A DNA stretch of 64,000 nt from Synechococcus sp. UW140 (GTDB lineage: Bacteria > Cyanobacteriota > Cyanobacteriia > PCC-6307 > Cyanobiaceae): assembly GCA_943369315.1 (NCBI GenBank), contig CALRMW020000005.1, forward strand, positions 123,956-187,955, given 5' to 3'. A program made the position numbers and the translations under genes. Shown here piece by piece: positions 51,664 through 61,980 of this stretch. Each line of letters opens with the position of its first letter. The stretch's first letter is position 1. Below the pieces are notes generated by a model. That model was not told the origin of the DNA. It did not search any database and saw nothing but the letters and a program-made list of their open reading frames with translations.

Positions 51664-52980
51664 ATGAGCCGCTCGCGGCGGGCGGCCCGCTGGCTGCAGC
51701 CGGGCCTGGTGGTGAAGCGCTGGATGATCACCTCGGGCCTGGGCCTGGTGATCGCCCTGCTGGGGGCGGCCGTGTGGGCCGACCTGCAGCCGATCTACTG
51801 GACCCTCGAGACGATCCGCTGGGGCCTGAACCGCATCACCCAGGTGATGCCGCGGGGGATCACCGGCCCACTGGTGCTGGTGATCGGCGGCGCCCTGATC
51901 TGGCTCGGCCAGAGCCGCAGCTTCGGGGCCATCCAGCAGGCCCTGGCCCCGGAGAAGGACACCCTGCTGGTGGATGCCCTGCTCGCCCAGCGGCGGCTGA
52001 ACCGCGGCCCCACCATCGTGGCCATCGGCGGCGGCACGGGGCTGGCCACCCTGCTGAGCGGCCTGAAGCGCTACAGCAGCAACCTCACCGCCATCGTCAC
52101 GGTGGCCGACGACGGCGGCAGCAGCGGCGTGCTGCGGCGGGAGCTGGGGGTGCAGCCCCCCGGCGACATCCGCAACTGCCTGGCGGCCCTGGCACGGGAG
52201 GAACCCCTGCTCACCCGCCTGTTCCAGTACCGCTTCAAGGCCGGCAGCGGCCTGGAGGGCCACAGCTTCGGCAACCTGTTTCTGAGCGCCCTGACGGCAA
52301 TCACGGGCAGCCTGGAATCGGCGATCATCGCCAGCAGCCGGGTACTGGCGGTGCAGGGCCAGGTGGTGCCGGCCACCAACGCCGATGTGCGCCTCTGGGC
52401 GGAACTGGAGAACGGCGAGCGGATCGAGGGGGAATCCCAGATCGGCCATGCCCCCTGCCCGATCGTGCGCCTGGGCTGCACCCCGGAGCGCCCGCCGGCC
52501 CTGCCGCGGGCCCTGGAGGCGATCGCCAACGCCGAGCTAATCGTGCTGGGACCGGGGAGCCTCTACACCTCCCTGCTGCCCAACCTGCTGGTGCCGGAGC
52601 TGGTGAGCGCCATCAGCGCCAGCAAGGCGCCGCGGCTCTACATCTGCAACCTGATGACCCAGCCCGGCGAGACCGACGGCCTGGACGTCGGCGGCCACCT
52701 GCGGGCGATCGAAGCCCAGCTGGCAAGTCTGGGGGTGGAGCAGCGGCTGTTCACGGCCGTGCTGGCCCAGGAGGAACTGGACGACTCCAGCCTGCTGGAC
52801 GTCTACCGGCTGCGGGGTGCCGAACCGGTGACCTGCGAGGCCTCCGTCCTGAGGGAGCAGGGCTACGAGGTGATCCTGGCGCCGCTGCAGGGGGCCCGCC
52901 CCAGCGCCACCCTGCGCCATGAACCGCGCAGCGTGGCCAAGGAGGTGATCCGGTTCTACCGGAAGCACCGACGGGACTGA
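51664..52980 (+). CDS. yvcK: Gluconeogenesis factor YvcK/CofD family
   Basis: IGGGTGL, VTVADDGGSSG, PGDIRNC, GHSFGNL, GPGSLYTSLLPNLL. Confidence 0.93.
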   Translation: MSRSRRAARWLQPGLVVKRWMITSGLGLVIALLGAAVWADLQPIYWTLETIRWGLNRITQVMPRGITGPLVLVIGGALIWLGQSRSFGAIQQALAPEKDTLLVDALLAQRRLNRGPTIVAIGGGTGLATLLSGLKRYSSNLTAIVTVADDGGSSGVLRRELGVQPPGDIRNCLAALAREEPLLTRLFQYRFKAGSGLEGHSFGNLFLSALTAITGSLESAIIASSRVLAVQGQVVPATNADVRLWAELENGERIEGESQIGHAPCPIVRLGCTPERPPALPRALEAIANAELIVLGPGSLYTSLLPNLLVPELVSAISASKAPRLYICNLMTQPGETDGLDVGGHLRAIEAQLASLGVEQRLFTAVLAQEELDDSSLLDVYRLRGAEPVTCEASVLREQGYEVILAPLQGARPSATLRHEPRSVAKEVIRFYRKHRRD

Positions 52981-53078
52981 GGCCACCCGTCAGACCCGGA
53001 CCCTCACGGACAACAATCGAAAAGGGCGAAAAATCTCACGCCTGGGGCGGTGCGTGTGGGGACTGAACCGTTGGGAGA

Positions 53079-53876
53079 TCAAGGACGTGTTGCGTAGCCG
53101 AGCGAATCTTTCCGCTTGATGGTGAAACCAGCCGAACGAAGCCTGTGCTCCATGGCCTCAAGCTTATGCTCCCAGCCGTCAATCCTATGCCACTCATAGA
53201 CGATCGAGTTGATTCGATCATAGGTTGCAGCTGGGGTGGAGCAGAAAATGCTGTACTCACCACCTTCACAATCAACTTTCAGGAGGTCAATAGAATCAAT
53301 ATGATGTTTATCAAGAAGCTCTGCCAGCGTATCGCACTCAAAGATTCGGCATTCCGCTGAAGTGTCACCTCCATACATCTCAGTGCTGACGTGAATCTCA
53401 CGACCATTGACTTTGACATTCGCCTCAACAAAATGTTCTGCGGCGACGCCACGGTTGACTGCGACGACGCGTCCACCCAGTTGAGGGTTGAGCCCAATAT
53501 TCTTTGCCAGCATGGTGAAGTTTTCAGCAGTTGGCTCATAGGCAATAACACGTGCTCCCAATTCTTGAGCACACCAAAGGGAAAAGTCTCCAATGTAAGC
53601 ACCGATGTCCACAACCACTGGGGTTCGGCCGCCGGGAGCACGGAACTTCCGAACATAATCACAATCGAGGAACTGCTCTTGCACGATGACGGCGTCCCAG
53701 AAGTTGTGACGAATGGCCAGATTTAGTCCCGATCGTGTACACAGCACCGTTTCGCCATCGTCGCTCAGCCGACGAGCGATCAAAAAGGCATTCCAGTTTG
53801 AAAAGACCTGAATCACCCTTCGTGCACGGGACAGCCGTCTGAGAGCCTGCCGGATTGAATGTGTCATTTGGGCCAT
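53079..53876 (-). CDS. FkbM-family SAM-dependent methyltransferase
   Basis: VVDIGAYIGDFS, AYEP, DLLKVDCEGGEY. Confidence 0.9.
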   Translation of the reverse strand: MAQMTHSIRQALRRLSRARRVIQVFSNWNAFLIARRLSDDGETVLCTRSGLNLAIRHNFWDAVIVQEQFLDCDYVRKFRAPGGRTPVVVDIGAYIGDFSLWCAQELGARVIAYEPTAENFTMLAKNIGLNPQLGGRVVAVNRGVAAEHFVEANVKVNGREIHVSTEMYGGDTSAECRIFECDTLAELLDKHHIDSIDLLKVDCEGGEYSIFCSTPAATYDRINSIVYEWHRIDGWEHKLEAMEHRLRSAGFTIKRKDSLGYATRP

Positions 53877-54655
53877 GGCTGTCGACAGCTAGATTTCAAG
53901 CAGGCTTATCAATACGTCGTTGCTCGCTGACGTTGACGCCGAAATCAAAAAGAGCGGCCGCCCATCAGAACAATGGCAAGTGCCGTTAGCAGAAGAGTTC
54001 AATTCAAGAGTCAGTGTAGCATGCCAATTTCCATGCTGATTGATGGATGGGGCCTCTGCGACTGTGAATGGCAACAGGACCAGGACCACTGCTCTCCTGT
54101 GAACTCTCCAACATAGGGCAAGCCACAGGATCAGGCTATTCAGTCCCCCCACATCCAAGATCTCAAGGGAGTTCCATCAAACAAACCCCACGAGAACAGA
54201 TTCATTGGAAACAGCAACGTAGTCAGGCAACGTAGAGAGTGCCCGCAGGCCGATGGGTGGCGATGAGCGAAAAAGAATCCCAGATCGGGAGAGTGACCTG
54301 CAATGCGCTGGTGTGTGGATGGTCAGGGAATGTCTGTGGGATCGTCTTGCGACAAGCAACCAATCAGAGTTACCGTTGGCAGTGGGTTTCGCAGTCTGCA
54401 ATCCTGAACAGACTTAGGGCACCATTCCGCCTCACCTTCTAGGTCAGCCACGTGGAAGAGTGGCCCAAGAACATCCTCCAACCCGAGGAGGATCGGATTG
54501 CTGAGATGCCAGCCATGGCACCCCAACACTGATATCAGACAACACTGTGAACATACGTTCCAGGGGCTAGAGCCCTCATCGGAGAAACCAAATCTATTCC
54601 AGCCGAAAACGACAATCCGTCTGAACAGAGATGCCTCCCATTCATTGAGGTAGCA

Positions 54656-55507
54656 TCAATGCTTAGCACCAGCATACTCATCGATCAGCTTGAGTCTTTC
54701 AATATCGAGTTGACCTTTGATTTTCTGAAGAGTCTTATCCTTAGTTAATTGAAAGTCGCGCTTCTCAATGGATCGAAAGCGATAAGCCGCGTTGAGCAAG
54801 AAGGCTGCTCGCTTCGCAAGCGATACGGATGAGCGGAGATCGACACTGGAGATGCTGACGGATGGAATCTGATCAATGTTTAGAGCCCCTACCCAGTCTG
54901 CCCATTTGAACTCGGTAAGGAAATGCGACTCAGAAGGGTAGTGATCCATACGCAGACGCATCCATGGCACCCGACAGATATCGGCAACAATGGCACCATG
55001 CATGGCCCCTGCCACCACCAACTCGGATGCAGCGATATCGGAAAGAATAACCTCAGAAGGTTGATCCGGGTCAATATAGTGAAAATCCAGGATTGAGCAG
55101 AGTTGCCGCCAGGGGAAGCAGGGTGCGTAACCAAACCATGGCATGAGGGAAACTCTGAACCGCTTTTTCGTTGACGACACAAGATCTACGAAGTCATCAA
55201 TGAGAAGCAAAAGATAGGCTGCGTCAGCGATGAAAGGGGTAGCCGGGCCGAACGATCTGACAGAGAGAGGACCACGCAAAAAGCGGATATCCCACCGGTG
55301 CCCCGTGTAGTCCCTGAACGGGTCACGGAGGCCGGTTCCAAAGAGGATGGCTGGATCTTCAAGATTGATGCGTGAGTCGATTATTGAACCTATTCCGTAG
55401 ATGTCTATACCTTCCTCATCATTTATCACGTCGGCAAAGAGCCTAGGAAAAATGTACTTGTTGAGTTGGTCGCCAAAGTTAGGTCCGTCCCAGAAGGAAA
55501 GCTTCAT
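54656..55507 (-). CDS. Polysaccharide pyruvyl transferase (ExoV-like)
   Basis: NFGDQLN, GIGSI, LRGPLS, ADAAYL, AMHGAIVADICRVPW, FKWADW. Confidence 0.87.
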   Translation of the reverse strand: MKLSFWDGPNFGDQLNKYIFPRLFADVINDEEGIDIYGIGSIIDSRINLEDPAILFGTGLRDPFRDYTGHRWDIRFLRGPLSVRSFGPATPFIADAAYLLLLIDDFVDLVSSTKKRFRVSLMPWFGYAPCFPWRQLCSILDFHYIDPDQPSEVILSDIAASELVVAGAMHGAIVADICRVPWMRLRMDHYPSESHFLTEFKWADWVGALNIDQIPSVSISSVDLRSSVSLAKRAAFLLNAAYRFRSIEKRDFQLTKDKTLQKIKGQLDIERLKLIDEYAGAKH

Positions 55508-56082
55508 ATCGATACTTGAAAGATATCCAGGCAATCAGCTAGATGGACTTTCTCCATGGAGAGAATGTCAGCCTGCAAATACTTCTAGCTTAGCACCCCA
55601 TGCTCGTTGCCGTTGAGAATTCCTGCTTAATGGTGATGCCGACGAAAGGATGCATTGGCTGAGAATGGATGCTTGCGTGTGCAGTGCTGACAAGACCAAT
55701 CAGCTCTCATGAAACCAAATCGTCTCAATCCAACTGGGGCCTGGCTCAAGGGTGGTGGGAGTACGTCGACACTGTGTCGCAAGAAAAAACGGCTGGGCCG
55801 CCGTTGCGGACGGGATGGAGCGGGGCCAGCACCACGGGATCTCGATGCCCGCGGCCGGATAGATGGAAAGCTCCACTCAGGATCCGGCCAGGCGACCTAC
55901 GCCCGGGACGTGACGGGGACGTGGAAGCCGTGGACGGCCAGACCGACTCAGGCCTGAGGTGACCACCGGAGCCAGGCTCCGAGCCACGAAGCGATCCCAG
56001 CTGTGCAGTGATCGCCTGGTCATCAAGAGGGGTTCCAGGGGCCAAAAGACCTGGACGCCATCAAGAAACGAAGCATGAAACA

Positions 56083-56118
56083 CTTTCCTGATGTTCAAGA
56101 TCTTGATCATCAGGAAAG
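56083..56118. repeat. 36-bp near-perfect palindrome
   Basis: CTTTCCTGATG-T-TCAAGA|TCTTGA-T-CATCAGGAAAG: 17 of 18 positions pair, no loop. Confidence 0.85.
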
Positions 56119-56178
56119 CATTCTCACGTCTCGATAGTCGCCAAGAAAAAAGAATCAAGGGCCCCTGTCAGGCAAAGG

Positions 56179-56784
56179 TCAATAGGCATCCTGCATCTCA
56201 TAGAAATCAGGCTGGACATAGTCCTTGCGCAGCGGATAGCCCTTCCAGTCCTCGGGCATCAGCAGCCGCTTGGGATGGGGATGGCCCTCGTAGGAGATGC
56301 CGAACATGTCGAAGGTCTCGCGCTCCTGCCAGTCAGCGCCGCGGAAGAGGCCATAGAGGCTGGGGATCGAGAGGGCACCGTCCCGGGGCAGGAACACCTT
56401 GAGACGCACTTCCTCGGGACGCGCCGCAGCCGGCAGGGGACCTTGGCCATCGGCCATGGCCGAAAACTGATCGACCATCGAGGCCAACTTGACCAGGTGA
56501 TAGAAGCTCACCAACCGGCCCCCGGGCCCCTCGTCGTAGCCCCCCTGACACTGGAGGTAGTCGTAGCCGGCGGCCTTCAGGGCCGTGGCCACCAACGGCA
56601 GAGCGGCAGGCTCCACCCCGAGCAGTTCGACACCCGAGTGGTCCGGGCCCAGGGCGACCGCATCGAAACCCTGGCCGCTCAGCCAGGTGGCCACAGGGCC
56701 AGGGGCGGGGGCCTGGAGGGCACCGGCCTCCTTGGATTCCGTGGCGTCCGAGGCGCCGGGGGTGACGGGGGACTCCTCAGGCAT
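56179..56784 (-). CDS. ndhJ: NDH-1 subunit J
   Basis: [40 protein letters not shown]. Confidence 0.97.
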   Translation of the reverse strand: MPEESPVTPGASDATESKEAGALQAPAPGPVATWLSGQGFDAVALGPDHSGVELLGVEPAALPLVATALKAAGYDYLQCQGGYDEGPGGRLVSFYHLVKLASMVDQFSAMADGQGPLPAAARPEEVRLKVFLPRDGALSIPSLYGLFRGADWQERETFDMFGISYEGHPHPKRLLMPEDWKGYPLRKDYVQPDFYEMQDAY

Positions 56785-57535
56785 CGGTGGTGGCGGCAGT
56801 GGTGGTGGCTGGGGCGGAGGCGGTGTCAGCGGCGGAGCCCATCGGCAGACCGGCGGCGGCGGCGAGGGCGGCCTGCTGGGTTTCGGCCCGCAGGTAGGCC
56901 CCGGTGACGATCGGGTCGATCCGCTTCATCTGGTGGGGGATCGTGCAGTAGCGATGGGTGGGACGCAGGTTGCCGCGCTCGGCCAGGGCTTCGTTGCCCA
57001 CCTTCTTGCGGAGCTTGATCACTGCATCGAAGATCGCCTCAGGGCGAGGCGGGCAGCCGGGCAGGTAGAGATCGACGGGGATCAGCTTGTCGACCCCGCG
57101 CACCGCCGTGGTGGAGTCGGCGGAGAACATGCCGCCGGTGATGGTGCAGGCCCCCATCGCGATCACGTACTTGGGCTCCGGCATCTGCTCATAGAGCCGC
57201 ACCAGGGCCGGCGCCATCTTCATCGTCACGGTGCCGGCCACGATCAGGAGATCGGCCTGACGGGGGCTGGAGCGCGGCACCAGGCCGAAGCGGTCGAAAT
57301 CGAAGCGGGAGCCGATCAGGGCCGCGAACTCGATGAAGCAGCAGGCCGTGCCGTAGAGCAGCGGCCAGAGGCTGCTGAGCCGGGCCCAGTTGTGGAGGTC
57401 GTCAAGGCTGGTGAGAATGATGTTCTCGGAGAGGTCGGCGGTGACGCCGGGGGCGCCCACGGGGCCGCAGCTGGCCTCCCGCAGATCGCGCAGGGCATCG
57501 ACGGAAAGGGAGCCGGCAGGAGGTGTGAGGGTCAT
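56777..57535 (-). CDS. ndhK: NDH-1 subunit K
   Basis: [33 protein letters not shown]. Confidence 0.98.
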   Translation of the reverse strand: MTLTPPAGSLSVDALRDLREASCGPVGAPGVTADLSENIILTSLDDLHNWARLSSLWPLLYGTACCFIEFAALIGSRFDFDRFGLVPRSSPRQADLLIVAGTVTMKMAPALVRLYEQMPEPKYVIAMGACTITGGMFSADSTTAVRGVDKLIPVDLYLPGCPPRPEAIFDAVIKLRKKVGNEALAERGNLRPTHRYCTIPHQMKRIDPIVTGAYLRAETQQAALAAAAGLPMGSAADTASAPATTTAATTDA

Positions 57536-57548
57536 GGTGGGGAGGTGC

Positions 57549-57911
57549 TCAGCTCCACTCGAGGGCGCCCTTGCGCCAGGCATACGCCAGGGCCAGCACC
57601 AGGATGGAGATGAAGATCAGAGCCTCGATGAAGGCCAGCAGCCCGAGACGGTGGAAGGCCACTGCCCAGGGGTAGAGGAACACGGTCTCGACATCGAAGA
57701 TGACGAAGACCAAGGCGAACATGTAGTAGCGGATATTGAACTGGATCCAGGCCCCGCCGATCGGTTCCATGCCCGACTCGTAGGTGAGCTGACGCTCCCC
57801 CTGGCGGCTCTTGGGCGCCAGCAGCTTGTTGGCCACGAGCGCCAGCACCGGAACCGCCGCCGAGATCAGCAGGAAGCCCAGAAAGGCGTCGTAGCCGGAG
57901 AGCACAAACAT
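57549..57911 (-). CDS. ndhC: NDH-1 subunit C
   Basis: [39 protein letters not shown]. Confidence 0.98.
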   Translation of the reverse strand: MFVLSGYDAFLGFLLISAAVPVLALVANKLLAPKSRQGERQLTYESGMEPIGGAWIQFNIRYYMFALVFVIFDVETVFLYPWAVAFHRLGLLAFIEALIFISILVLALAYAWRKGALEWS

Positions 57912-58054
57912 CGGCAGACCCAACCTGGCGCGCATTCTGCCACCTGCCTCCGGGGGCGGCGGTCGCCGCGACGACCGGGGCGGCTGGATGGCCGGAGGGG
58001 CCGCGGGCCCCGGGGTCGCCGTCGATAGAGTTCCCAGGTATGGCCAGGCACGGG

Positions 58055-58465
58055 ATGAGCACGGATCCGCCGACGGAGACACCCACCGAAGAGGTCCCCA
58101 CCGGGCCCACCGGGACCGTCAGCGAGGCGGCCGAACCCGTCGCCGAGGATCCCTCCAGCCACCGGTTCGAGTGCCGCAGCTGCGGCTTCGTCTATGACCC
58201 GGCCGAGGGGGTGAAGAAGCTGGGGATCCCCGCCGGCACCTCCTTTCTCGACCTCGACCCGGTCGGCTTTCGCTGCCCGGTCTGCCGCAGCCGGGTGGGG
58301 GCCTTCAAGGACATCGGCCCGCGCAACAAGCCCAGTGGCTTCGAGGAGAACCTCAACTTCGGCCTCGGGGTGAACCGCCTCACCCCCGGCCAGAAGAACG
58401 TGCTGATCTTCGGGGGGTTCGCCCTCGCCTTCGCTTTCTTCCTCTCCCTCTATTCCCTGCGTTGA
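58055..58465 (+). CDS. rubA: Rubredoxin (RubA)
   Basis: CRSCGFVY and CPVC iron sites, C-terminal TM helix; upstream of ycf48-psbEFLJ. Confidence 0.95.
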   Translation: MSTDPPTETPTEEVPTGPTGTVSEAAEPVAEDPSSHRFECRSCGFVYDPAEGVKKLGIPAGTSFLDLDPVGFRCPVCRSRVGAFKDIGPRNKPSGFEENLNFGLGVNRLTPGQKNVLIFGGFALAFAFFLSLYSLR

Positions 58466-59505
58466 TGCCTGCGCCCCTTCCCGCCCTGCCGGCCGTCCTT
58501 CGCCCGCTGCGGCCCCTGATCAGCCTGGCGCTCTCGCTCGTGCTCGCCCTCGGCCTCACGGGCTGCGTCACCACCGGACTGCCCACCGCCGCCGCCAGCC
58601 CCTGGCAGGCGATCCCCCTGGACACCCGCTCTAACCCCCTCGACGTGGCCTTCAGCAGCGACGACCACGGGTTCCTGGTGGGCAGCAACCGGCTGATCAT
58701 GGAAACCGACGACGGCGGAGCCAGCTGGCAGGAGCGGGCCCTCAACCTGCCGGAGGAGGAGAACTTCCGGCTGATCAGCATCGACTTCAACGGCCCTGAG
58801 GGCTGGATCGTGGGCCAGCCCGGCCTGCTGCTGCACAGCGACGATGCGGGCAGCAGCTGGAGCCGGCTGCTGCTCGACACCAAGCTGCCCGGCGAGCCCT
58901 ATCTGGTCACGGCCCTGGGGCCGAAGACCGCCGAACTGGCCACCAACGTCGGTGCCGTCTACCGCACCACCGATGCCGGCTCCAGCTGGCAGGCCCTGGT
59001 GGGCGATGCCGCCGGCGCCATCCGCGACCTGCGCCGCAGCGCCGACGGCGACTACGTGAGCGTCAGCAGCCTGGGGAACTTCTTCGCCACCTGGGAACCG
59101 GGCCTGCCCGCCTGGCAGGTGCACCAGCGGGTCAGCAGCCAGCGGCTGCAGTCGATGGGCTTCCAGCCCGACGGCCATCTCTGGATGGTGGCCCGGGGCG
59201 CCCAGCTGCGCTTCGACGGGGACCCGAGCACCGCCGAAAGCACCGAAAGCGGTGACTGGAGCAAGCCCGTGATCCCGATCACCAACGGCTACGGCTACCT
59301 GGACATGGCCTGGGATCCCCGCGGCGCCATCTGGACCGGTGGCGGCAACGGCACCCTGCTGGTCAGCAACGATGCCGGGGCCAGCTGGCAGCGGGATCCG
59401 GTGGGCAGCGAACAGCCCACCAACTTCTCCCGGATCGTCTTCGCCCCCGGCGGCAAGGGCTTCGTCCTGGGGGAGCGGGGCGTGCTGCTGCGCTGGGTGG
59501 GCTGA
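58465..59505 (+). CDS. ycf48: PSII assembly factor Ycf48/Hcf136
   Basis: Lipobox LTGC, repeated TDDGG/SDDAG beta-propeller motifs, GFVLGERGVLLR. Confidence 0.96.
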   Translation: MPAPLPALPAVLRPLRPLISLALSLVLALGLTGCVTTGLPTAAASPWQAIPLDTRSNPLDVAFSSDDHGFLVGSNRLIMETDDGGASWQERALNLPEEENFRLISIDFNGPEGWIVGQPGLLLHSDDAGSSWSRLLLDTKLPGEPYLVTALGPKTAELATNVGAVYRTTDAGSSWQALVGDAAGAIRDLRRSADGDYVSVSSLGNFFATWEPGLPAWQVHQRVSSQRLQSMGFQPDGHLWMVARGAQLRFDGDPSTAESTESGDWSKPVIPITNGYGYLDMAWDPRGAIWTGGGNGTLLVSNDAGASWQRDPVGSEQPTNFSRIVFAPGGKGFVLGERGVLLRWVG

Positions 59506-59592
59506 ACTGCATCCCTCTGTAACCAACCCCCCGCCCGGCTGACGGTGCCCCCCGATCGACCCCTAGGATCTCCTGGCTGAACGCTTGTTGCT

Positions 59593-59847
59593 ATGGCTGC
59601 CGGCTCCACAGGGGAACGCCCGTTCTTCGAGATCATCACAAGCATCCGCTACTGGGTCATCCATGCGGTGACCCTGCCGGCCATCTTCCTGGCGGGCTTC
59701 CTGTTCGTGTCCACCGGCCTGGCCTACGACGCCTTCGGCACGCCCCGACCGGATGCCTACTTCCAGGCCCAGGAAACCAAGGCTCCCGTTGTGAGTCAGC
59801 GTTACGAGGGCAAGAGCAGCCTTGATCTGCGCCTCCAGGAACCATGA
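59593..59847 (+). CDS. psbE: Cytochrome b559 alpha
   Basis: [29 protein letters not shown]. Confidence 0.98.
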   Translation: MAAGSTGERPFFEIITSIRYWVIHAVTLPAIFLAGFLFVSTGLAYDAFGTPRPDAYFQAQETKAPVVSQRYEGKSSLDLRLQEP

Positions 59848-59981
59848 CCCAGTCCACCGCCCCCACCACGCCGCGCAACTACCCGATCTTCACGGTGCGC
59901 TGGCTTTCCGTCCACGCCCTCGGCATTCCCACGGTCTTCTTCCTGGGTGCCCTGGCTGCCATGCAGTTCGTCCGTCGCTGA
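59844..59981 (+). CDS. psbF: Cytochrome b559 beta
   Basis: Hand translation ...[34 protein letters not shown]. Confidence 0.98.
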   Translation: MTQSTAPTTPRNYPIFTVRWLSVHALGIPTVFFLGALAAMQFVRR

Positions 59982-59988
59982 GACATCC

Positions 59989-60108
59989 ATGCAGCGCAAT
60001 CCCAACCCCAACAACCTGCCGGTTGAACTGAACCGCACCAGCCTCTATCTGGGTCTGCTGTTCGTGTTCGTCATCGGCATCCTCTTCTCCAGCTACTTCT
60101 TCAACTGA
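59989..60108 (+). CDS. psbL: Photosystem II protein L
   Basis: Hand translation [39 protein letters not shown]. Confidence 0.98.
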   Translation: MQRNPNPNNLPVELNRTSLYLGLLFVFVIGILFSSYFFN

Positions 60109-60126
60109 TCGGGAGGCACCCCATCC

Positions 60127-60327
60127 ATGAGCGGCAAGAAATCCTCACTTCCTGACGGCCGGATCCCCGACCGCCTTCCCGACGGCCGTCCGGCCGTGGC
60201 CTGGAAGAGCCGGTGGACCGAAGGGGTCCTCCCGCTCTGGATGGTCGCCACCGCCGGTGGCATGGCCGTGATCTTCGTGGTCGGCCTGTTCTTCTACGGC
60301 TCCTACGTGGGTGTCGGTTCGGCCTGA
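60127..60327 (+). CDS. psbJ: Photosystem II protein J (N-terminally extended form)
   Basis: LPLWMVAT...[15 protein letters not shown]. Confidence 0.95.
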   Translation: MSGKKSSLPDGRIPDRLPDGRPAVAWKSRWTEGVLPLWMVATAGGMAVIFVVGLFFYGSYVGVGSA

Positions 60328-60366
60328 TCGGACGGCAGCCAATGCGCAGTCCCCAGTGACCCATCC

Positions 60367-60395
60367 AGCGGATCCCCAGGGATCCGCTTATTTTT
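60367..60395 (+). terminator. Intrinsic terminator after psbEFLJ
   Basis: AGCGGATCC-CCAG-GGATCCGCT followed by TATTTTT. Confidence 0.82.
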
Positions 60396-60462
60396 GGCCA
60401 TGGTTTTTTTGGCCACGGTTTGCTGTGGCCATGGTTGTGGCCGTGGGCAGGGGCGGGACGGT

Positions 60463-61809
60463 TCAGCCCTGGCGCTGCAGCTCCTCCGGCGGCAGCGCCA
60501 GAAACGCCTCCCGGCTCAGAACCCGATCCCCTGATCCAGCCTCGATGGTCAGGGGGATCAGGCGCACCTGGCCGGCCCCGGCCTCCTCGTCGCCCAGCAA
60601 CAGGGCCCAGCGGGCGCCGCTCCGGCGGGCGCGCTTGAGCTGCTTGTCGACGCCGGCGCCGCTGAGATCCAGCTGCACCGCCAGCGGCGCCCCGGGGCGC
60701 TGGCGACAGCGACGGGTGAGCTCCAGGGCACAGGCTTCTCCCAGGTCCCCCCGGTTCACGACGTAGACATCGGGATGGGAGGCCATCACCGGAGCCTGGG
60801 TTCCCGCCTCCATGGCCTGGCTGAGCAGCAGCACCAGCCTCTCCATGCCCAGGGCCCAGCCGATGGCGGGCGTGGGGGGACCGCCCAGCTGCTCCACCAG
60901 GCCGTCGTAGCGCCCACCGCCGCACACCGTCGCCTGGGCCCCCAGCTGGCTGCTGGTGATCTCGAAGGCGGTGTGGCCGTAGTAGTCGAGCCCCCGCACC
61001 AGGCGCGGGTTGAGCTCGAACGGGATGGCGAGGGCCTCCAGGCCCTGGCGCACCCGCAGAAAGCGTTCATGGCTCTCGCCGCTGAGGGCATCGGCCAGGG
61101 TGGGGGCGCCGGCCAGCAGGGCCTGGGTGTCGGGGTTCTTGGAATCGAGCACCCGCAGGGGGTTGGTGGCGATCCGCTGCTGCGAATCGGGATCCAGGCG
61201 CTCCCGATGGGCCTCCAGCCAGGCCACCAGTTCGGCCCGGTAGCGCTGCCGGTCCTCGGGACTGCCCAGGGAGTTGAGCTCCAGCGACAGGCCTCCCACC
61301 CCCAGATCCATCAGCAGATCCCAGGCGATGGCGACGGCCTCGACGTCACTGCGGGGATCGGCATGGCCGAGGAACTCCAGGCCGATCTGGTGGAACTGCC
61401 GCTGCCGGCCGGCCTGGGGTCTTTCGTAGCGGAACATCGGCCCGCCGTACCAGAGCCGCTGGGGGCCCTGGGCCACCAGGCCATGTTGGATCGCGGCCCG
61501 CACCACCGAGGCGGTGCCTTCGGGCCTGAGGGTGCAGCTGCGGCCGCCGCGGTCCTCGAAGCTGTACATCTCCTTGCCCACCACGTCGGTGGCCTCGCCG
61601 ATGCCCCGGGAGAACAGCTCGGTCACCTCGAGCAGGGGCGTGCGGATCTCCTCGACGGCGGCCCGGCGGAAGTGCTCCCTGGCGGTGGCTTCGATCCGCT
61701 GCCAGAAGGGGGTCTGACCGGGAAGCAGGTCGACCATGCCCCGCAGGCTCTGGAGCGGTTTCAAGACGGTGCGGATCGGCGGCAAATCATTCTGCCCGAA
61801 GGGTGGCAT
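60463..61809 (-). CDS. hisS: Histidine-tRNA ligase
   Basis: [46 protein letters not shown]. Start uncertain (61764 or 61809). Confidence 0.97.
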   Translation of the reverse strand: MPPFGQNDLPPIRTVLKPLQSLRGMVDLLPGQTPFWQRIEATAREHFRRAAVEEIRTPLLEVTELFSRGIGEATDVVGKEMYSFEDRGGRSCTLRPEGTASVVRAAIQHGLVAQGPQRLWYGGPMFRYERPQAGRQRQFHQIGLEFLGHADPRSDVEAVAIAWDLLMDLGVGGLSLELNSLGSPEDRQRYRAELVAWLEAHRERLDPDSQQRIATNPLRVLDSKNPDTQALLAGAPTLADALSGESHERFLRVRQGLEALAIPFELNPRLVRGLDYYGHTAFEITSSQLGAQATVCGGGRYDGLVEQLGGPPTPAIGWALGMERLVLLLSQAMEAGTQAPVMASHPDVYVVNRGDLGEACALELTRRCRQRPGAPLAVQLDLSGAGVDKQLKRARRSGARWALLLGDEEAGAGQVRLIPLTIEAGSGDRVLSREAFLALPPEELQRQG

Positions 61810-61980
61810 CGCCTCGGAGCTGAAGCGTGGAGCAGGTCGAGGACTCTTCTTGGGCTCCCATGAGAGAGAACGTACCAGAAAGATTTTTACAGCCCTTTGA
61901 GGATGGAGCCCCAACGGATGGTCACCAGCATTTCGCTGTTGACCAATGCTACAGTCCACAAGAAATAAGGCGCTCGAATA

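Larger units (their letters stand above)
53036..56170. other. Low-GC islet of polysaccharide-modification genes between yvcK and ndhJ
   Basis: Abrupt drop in GC and loss of GC3 bias by eye between two convergent core genes. Confidence 0.8.

Noticed and set aside
55669-56158. Short ORFs 55669..55962, 55709..55957, 55746..56045 and 55877..56158 as real genes or a transposase remnant
   Set aside because: They overlap each other, show no recognisable motif (no DDE or HTH) and have no consistent codon bias. Not callable without a homology search.
60127-60327. N-terminal extension of PsbJ
   Set aside because: Already known for picocyanobacterial PsbJ.
60101-60925. Minus-strand ORF containing HGHNHGHSKPWPKKPWPK
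   Set aside because: It overlaps hisS out of frame and psbJ antisense; the pattern is a by-product of the GGCCRYGG repeats.
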